Below, one piece after another: positions 54,197 through 55,891 of a stretch of DNA of 55,891 nucleotides. The notes under the pieces were generated by a model. That model searched no databases. It worked only from the letters and a program-made list of their open reading frames with translations, and was not told where the DNA came from. This stretch comes from Minisyncoccota bacterium (GTDB lineage: Bacteria > Patescibacteriota > Minisyncoccia > Phycocordibacterales > UBA1006): positions 1 to 55,891 of the forward strand of contig DASWYC010000002.1 in assembly GCA_036405175.1 (NCBI GenBank), in the 5' to 3' direction. The stretch's first letter is position 1. Each line of letters begins with the position of its first letter. A program made the translations under genes and the position numbers.

Positions 54197-54679
54197 ATGA
54201 AACAAGGATCAACATTCATTCTAAAAACTGCACTGATTATTATCGGTGCAATCGTGCTTGCTATCTGTATTTTTTTGCTTCCAGGTTTTGGAATTGAGTT
54301 TGCTATTGAATTCCCAAGCGCTGCTCATTTGTCACATTTTATTGTTGCTATAGCGTATGCAACGACTATTCCGTTTTTTATTGCGCTCTATCAGGCATTC
54401 AAACTCTTGATTGCTATTGATAAGAATACTGCATTTTCCGAAGCTTCTATTCGTGCGCTCAAGAATATAAAGTATTGCGGAATTGCTATCAGTCTTTTGT
54501 ATATAATGACCCTACCTGCTTTTTACTATGTTGCTGATGCTGAAGATGCGCCGGGTGTGATTATCATGGGAATGTTTATTGTCTTTGCGCCGTTTGTGAT
54601 TGCAACATTTGCGGGCGTGCTTCAAAAACTTTTAAAAAGTGCGATCGATATGAAGGAGGAAAACGAACTCACGGTATAA
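54197..54679 (+). CDS. DUF2975-like membrane protein
   Basis: Four transmembrane helices, immediately followed by a YozG-type HTH gene. This is the usual DUF2975/HTH pairing. Confidence 0.55.
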   Translation: MKQGSTFILKTALIIIGAIVLAICIFLLPGFGIEFAIEFPSAAHLSHFIVAIAYATTIPFFIALYQAFKLLIAIDKNTAFSEASIRALKNIKYCGIAISLLYIMTLPAFYYVADAEDAPGVIIMGMFIVFAPFVIATFAGVLQKLLKSAIDMKEENELTV

Positions 54680-54682
54680 TGT

Positions 54683-54889
54683 ATGGCAATTGTAATTAAT
54701 ATCGATGTGATGCTCGCTAAGCGCAAGATGAGCGTCACTGAACTCACTGAAAAAGTTGGCATTACGATGGCTAATATTTCTATTTTGAAAAATGGAAAAG
54801 CAAAAGCGATTCGCCTTTCAACATTAGAAGCAATTTGCAAAGCATTGGATTGCCAGCCGGGGGATGTTTTGGAATATAAGGATAAGTAG
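54683..54889 (+). CDS. XRE/YozG-type HTH transcriptional regulator
   Basis: VMLAKRKMSVTELTEKVGITMANISILKNGKAKAIRLSTLEAICKALDCQPGDVLEY. Confidence 0.85.
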   Translation: MAIVINIDVMLAKRKMSVTELTEKVGITMANISILKNGKAKAIRLSTLEAICKALDCQPGDVLEYKDK

Positions 54890-54947
54890 GTGTGTCTACG
54901 CTGCTATTCTGCTATGCTTAAGATATATCAGTAATAACATAGAGCTT

Positions 54948-55415
54948 ATGAATAAAACGCTTAAAGTTATTCTCATAGTTATTATCGTAATTGGAGTAAT
55001 TGCAGTCGCTAATTTCTTTATGAAGGACAGTCATCGCAATGAGGCTGATCCGTCAAAAACGACAACTACAGAAACCAAGCCAGAAGGTGCACCGGTATTT
55101 GCATGGTCATATACTCCTTCTGAAAAGAATGAAATTCCTCAATCAACTATTAGCCTAACGGCAACGTATCCAAACGGTGCAAAGCAGACCAAAGAAATTG
55201 AAACCATTGAAGGGGGATGCAACGAATATCCTGAACCAGACAAAGATGTATACAAGCAATCTCAAATGATTATCTGTTACTACGCAGGATTTGGACGCTA
55301 CTATAAGGTAGTTGAATCAAACGGTGCATATTTAGTGCAGCGAAAAGAATTTGAAGAAGGATCTCCAGAATATAATCCGCCACAACAAGAGTTTAAAACA
55401 ATTGCACAATTCTAG
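54948..55415 (+). CDS. membrane-anchored hypothetical protein
   Basis: ATG 54948 gives MNKTLKVILIVIIVIGVIAV, an N-terminal anchor. Confidence 0.45.
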   Translation: MNKTLKVILIVIIVIGVIAVANFFMKDSHRNEADPSKTTTTETKPEGAPVFAWSYTPSEKNEIPQSTISLTATYPNGAKQTKEIETIEGGCNEYPEPDKDVYKQSQMIICYYAGFGRYYKVVESNGAYLVQRKEFEEGSPEYNPPQQEFKTIAQF

Positions 55416-55473
55416 CCTGAGGGCTAGTTTTGTTTGTCTGTATGAGTAACAGAATTCTTGATATACTGCTTTT

Positions 55474-55891
55474 ATGATCCGCATTCTTAAGACCACTATA
55501 GCTATCATGTTTTTGATACTCTGTGCGGTTGTATTGGCAAGTCCACGAGCAGTACCGCTTAATAGCGCTGAGGAGCTTCCGCTCTATCCACCTATTAAAA
55601 TAGAAGCACCAACACCAAGTGCGCCAGTGCAGCTTTCTATTGATAAGATCGGAATTTATACAACAATAGAATCAGTTGGGATTTCTATTGGGGGATCAAT
55701 GGCCGTTCCAGAGAATGTAAACAATGTTGGTTGGTATAATAAAGGTGCCGTACCGGGTGAACCGGGAACTGCCGTATTGGCGGGGCATGTAAATTCTCGT
55801 GGAGGAGGTGATGCGGTTTTTACTCGATTACATGAGCTTGAGATTGGTGACAAGATACGAGTTACAAATGATCAGGGTAGAGTTGAAACAT
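55474..55891 (+). CDS. sortase-family transpeptidase (class E/F-like), 3-prime partial at window end
   Basis: Hand translation gives MIRILKTTIAIMFLILCAVV...LSIDKIGIYTTIESVG....VPENVNNVGWYNKGAVPGEPGTAVLAGHVNSRGGGDAVFTRLHELEIGDKIRV. It is absent from the ORF track because it has no stop in the window. TGaTATACT lies 6 nt before the ATG. Confidence 0.7.
   Translation, partial: MIRILKTTIAIMFLILCAVVLASPRAVPLNSAEELPLYPPIKIEAPTPSAPVQLSIDKIGIYTTIESVGISIGGSMAVPENVNNVGWYNKGAVPGEPGTAVLAGHVNSRGGGDAVFTRLHELEIGDKIRVTNDQGRVET

Overview
No tools were used; all calls rest on motif recognition and manual sequence reading. The window has two parts.

(A) 1-14.4 kb is an AT-rich accessory segment. It holds two secreted-protein genes and gene remnants, followed by an integrative island. 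The island carries a large serine recombinase and is bracketed and subdivided by three direct copies of a 72-bp gene-start segment. Its cargo is:
- a translationally coupled AAA+ ATPase and S8 subtilase pair, with the same architecture as the published IetAS defence system
- a divergently transcribed TIR-domain protein
- XRE and winged-helix regulators and a small PH-like protein
- two small ORFs below the ORF-track size cutoff
- a GC-rich structured RNA leader in which an antiterminator and a terminator compete

(B) 14.4-55.9 kb is core chromosome that looks like a small-genome monoderm bacterium; a CPR/Patescibacteria origin is an inference only. In order it contains:
- uppP and the class Ia ribonucleotide reductase operon nrdA-DUF1653-nrdB
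- a PAP2 phosphatase, an OmpR/histidine-kinase pair, an RRM/RGG RNA-binding protein, a NUDIX hydrolase and typA
- a 1358-aa protein with three perfect 106-bp intragenic repeats and a flavoenzyme-like C-terminus
- comFC and a type IV pilus cluster (pilM, pilN-like, pilO-like, pilB, pilT, pilC), split by a stand-alone 840-aa orphan gene
- a terminator-bounded sRNA candidate and infC-rpmI-rplT behind an attenuator-type leader
- a beta-lactamase-fold hydrolase and a beta-CASP RNase
- two tandem paralogous surface proteins with peptidoglycan-binding and FN3-like domains
- ndk, tRNA-Asn, small accessory genes and a partial sortase

A recurring TATA(C/A)T box exactly 6 nt upstream of ATG suggests widespread leaderless mRNAs.

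The best candidate for a new system is the ATPase/S8-protease/TIR neighbourhood together with its RNA leader, inside the recombinase island.
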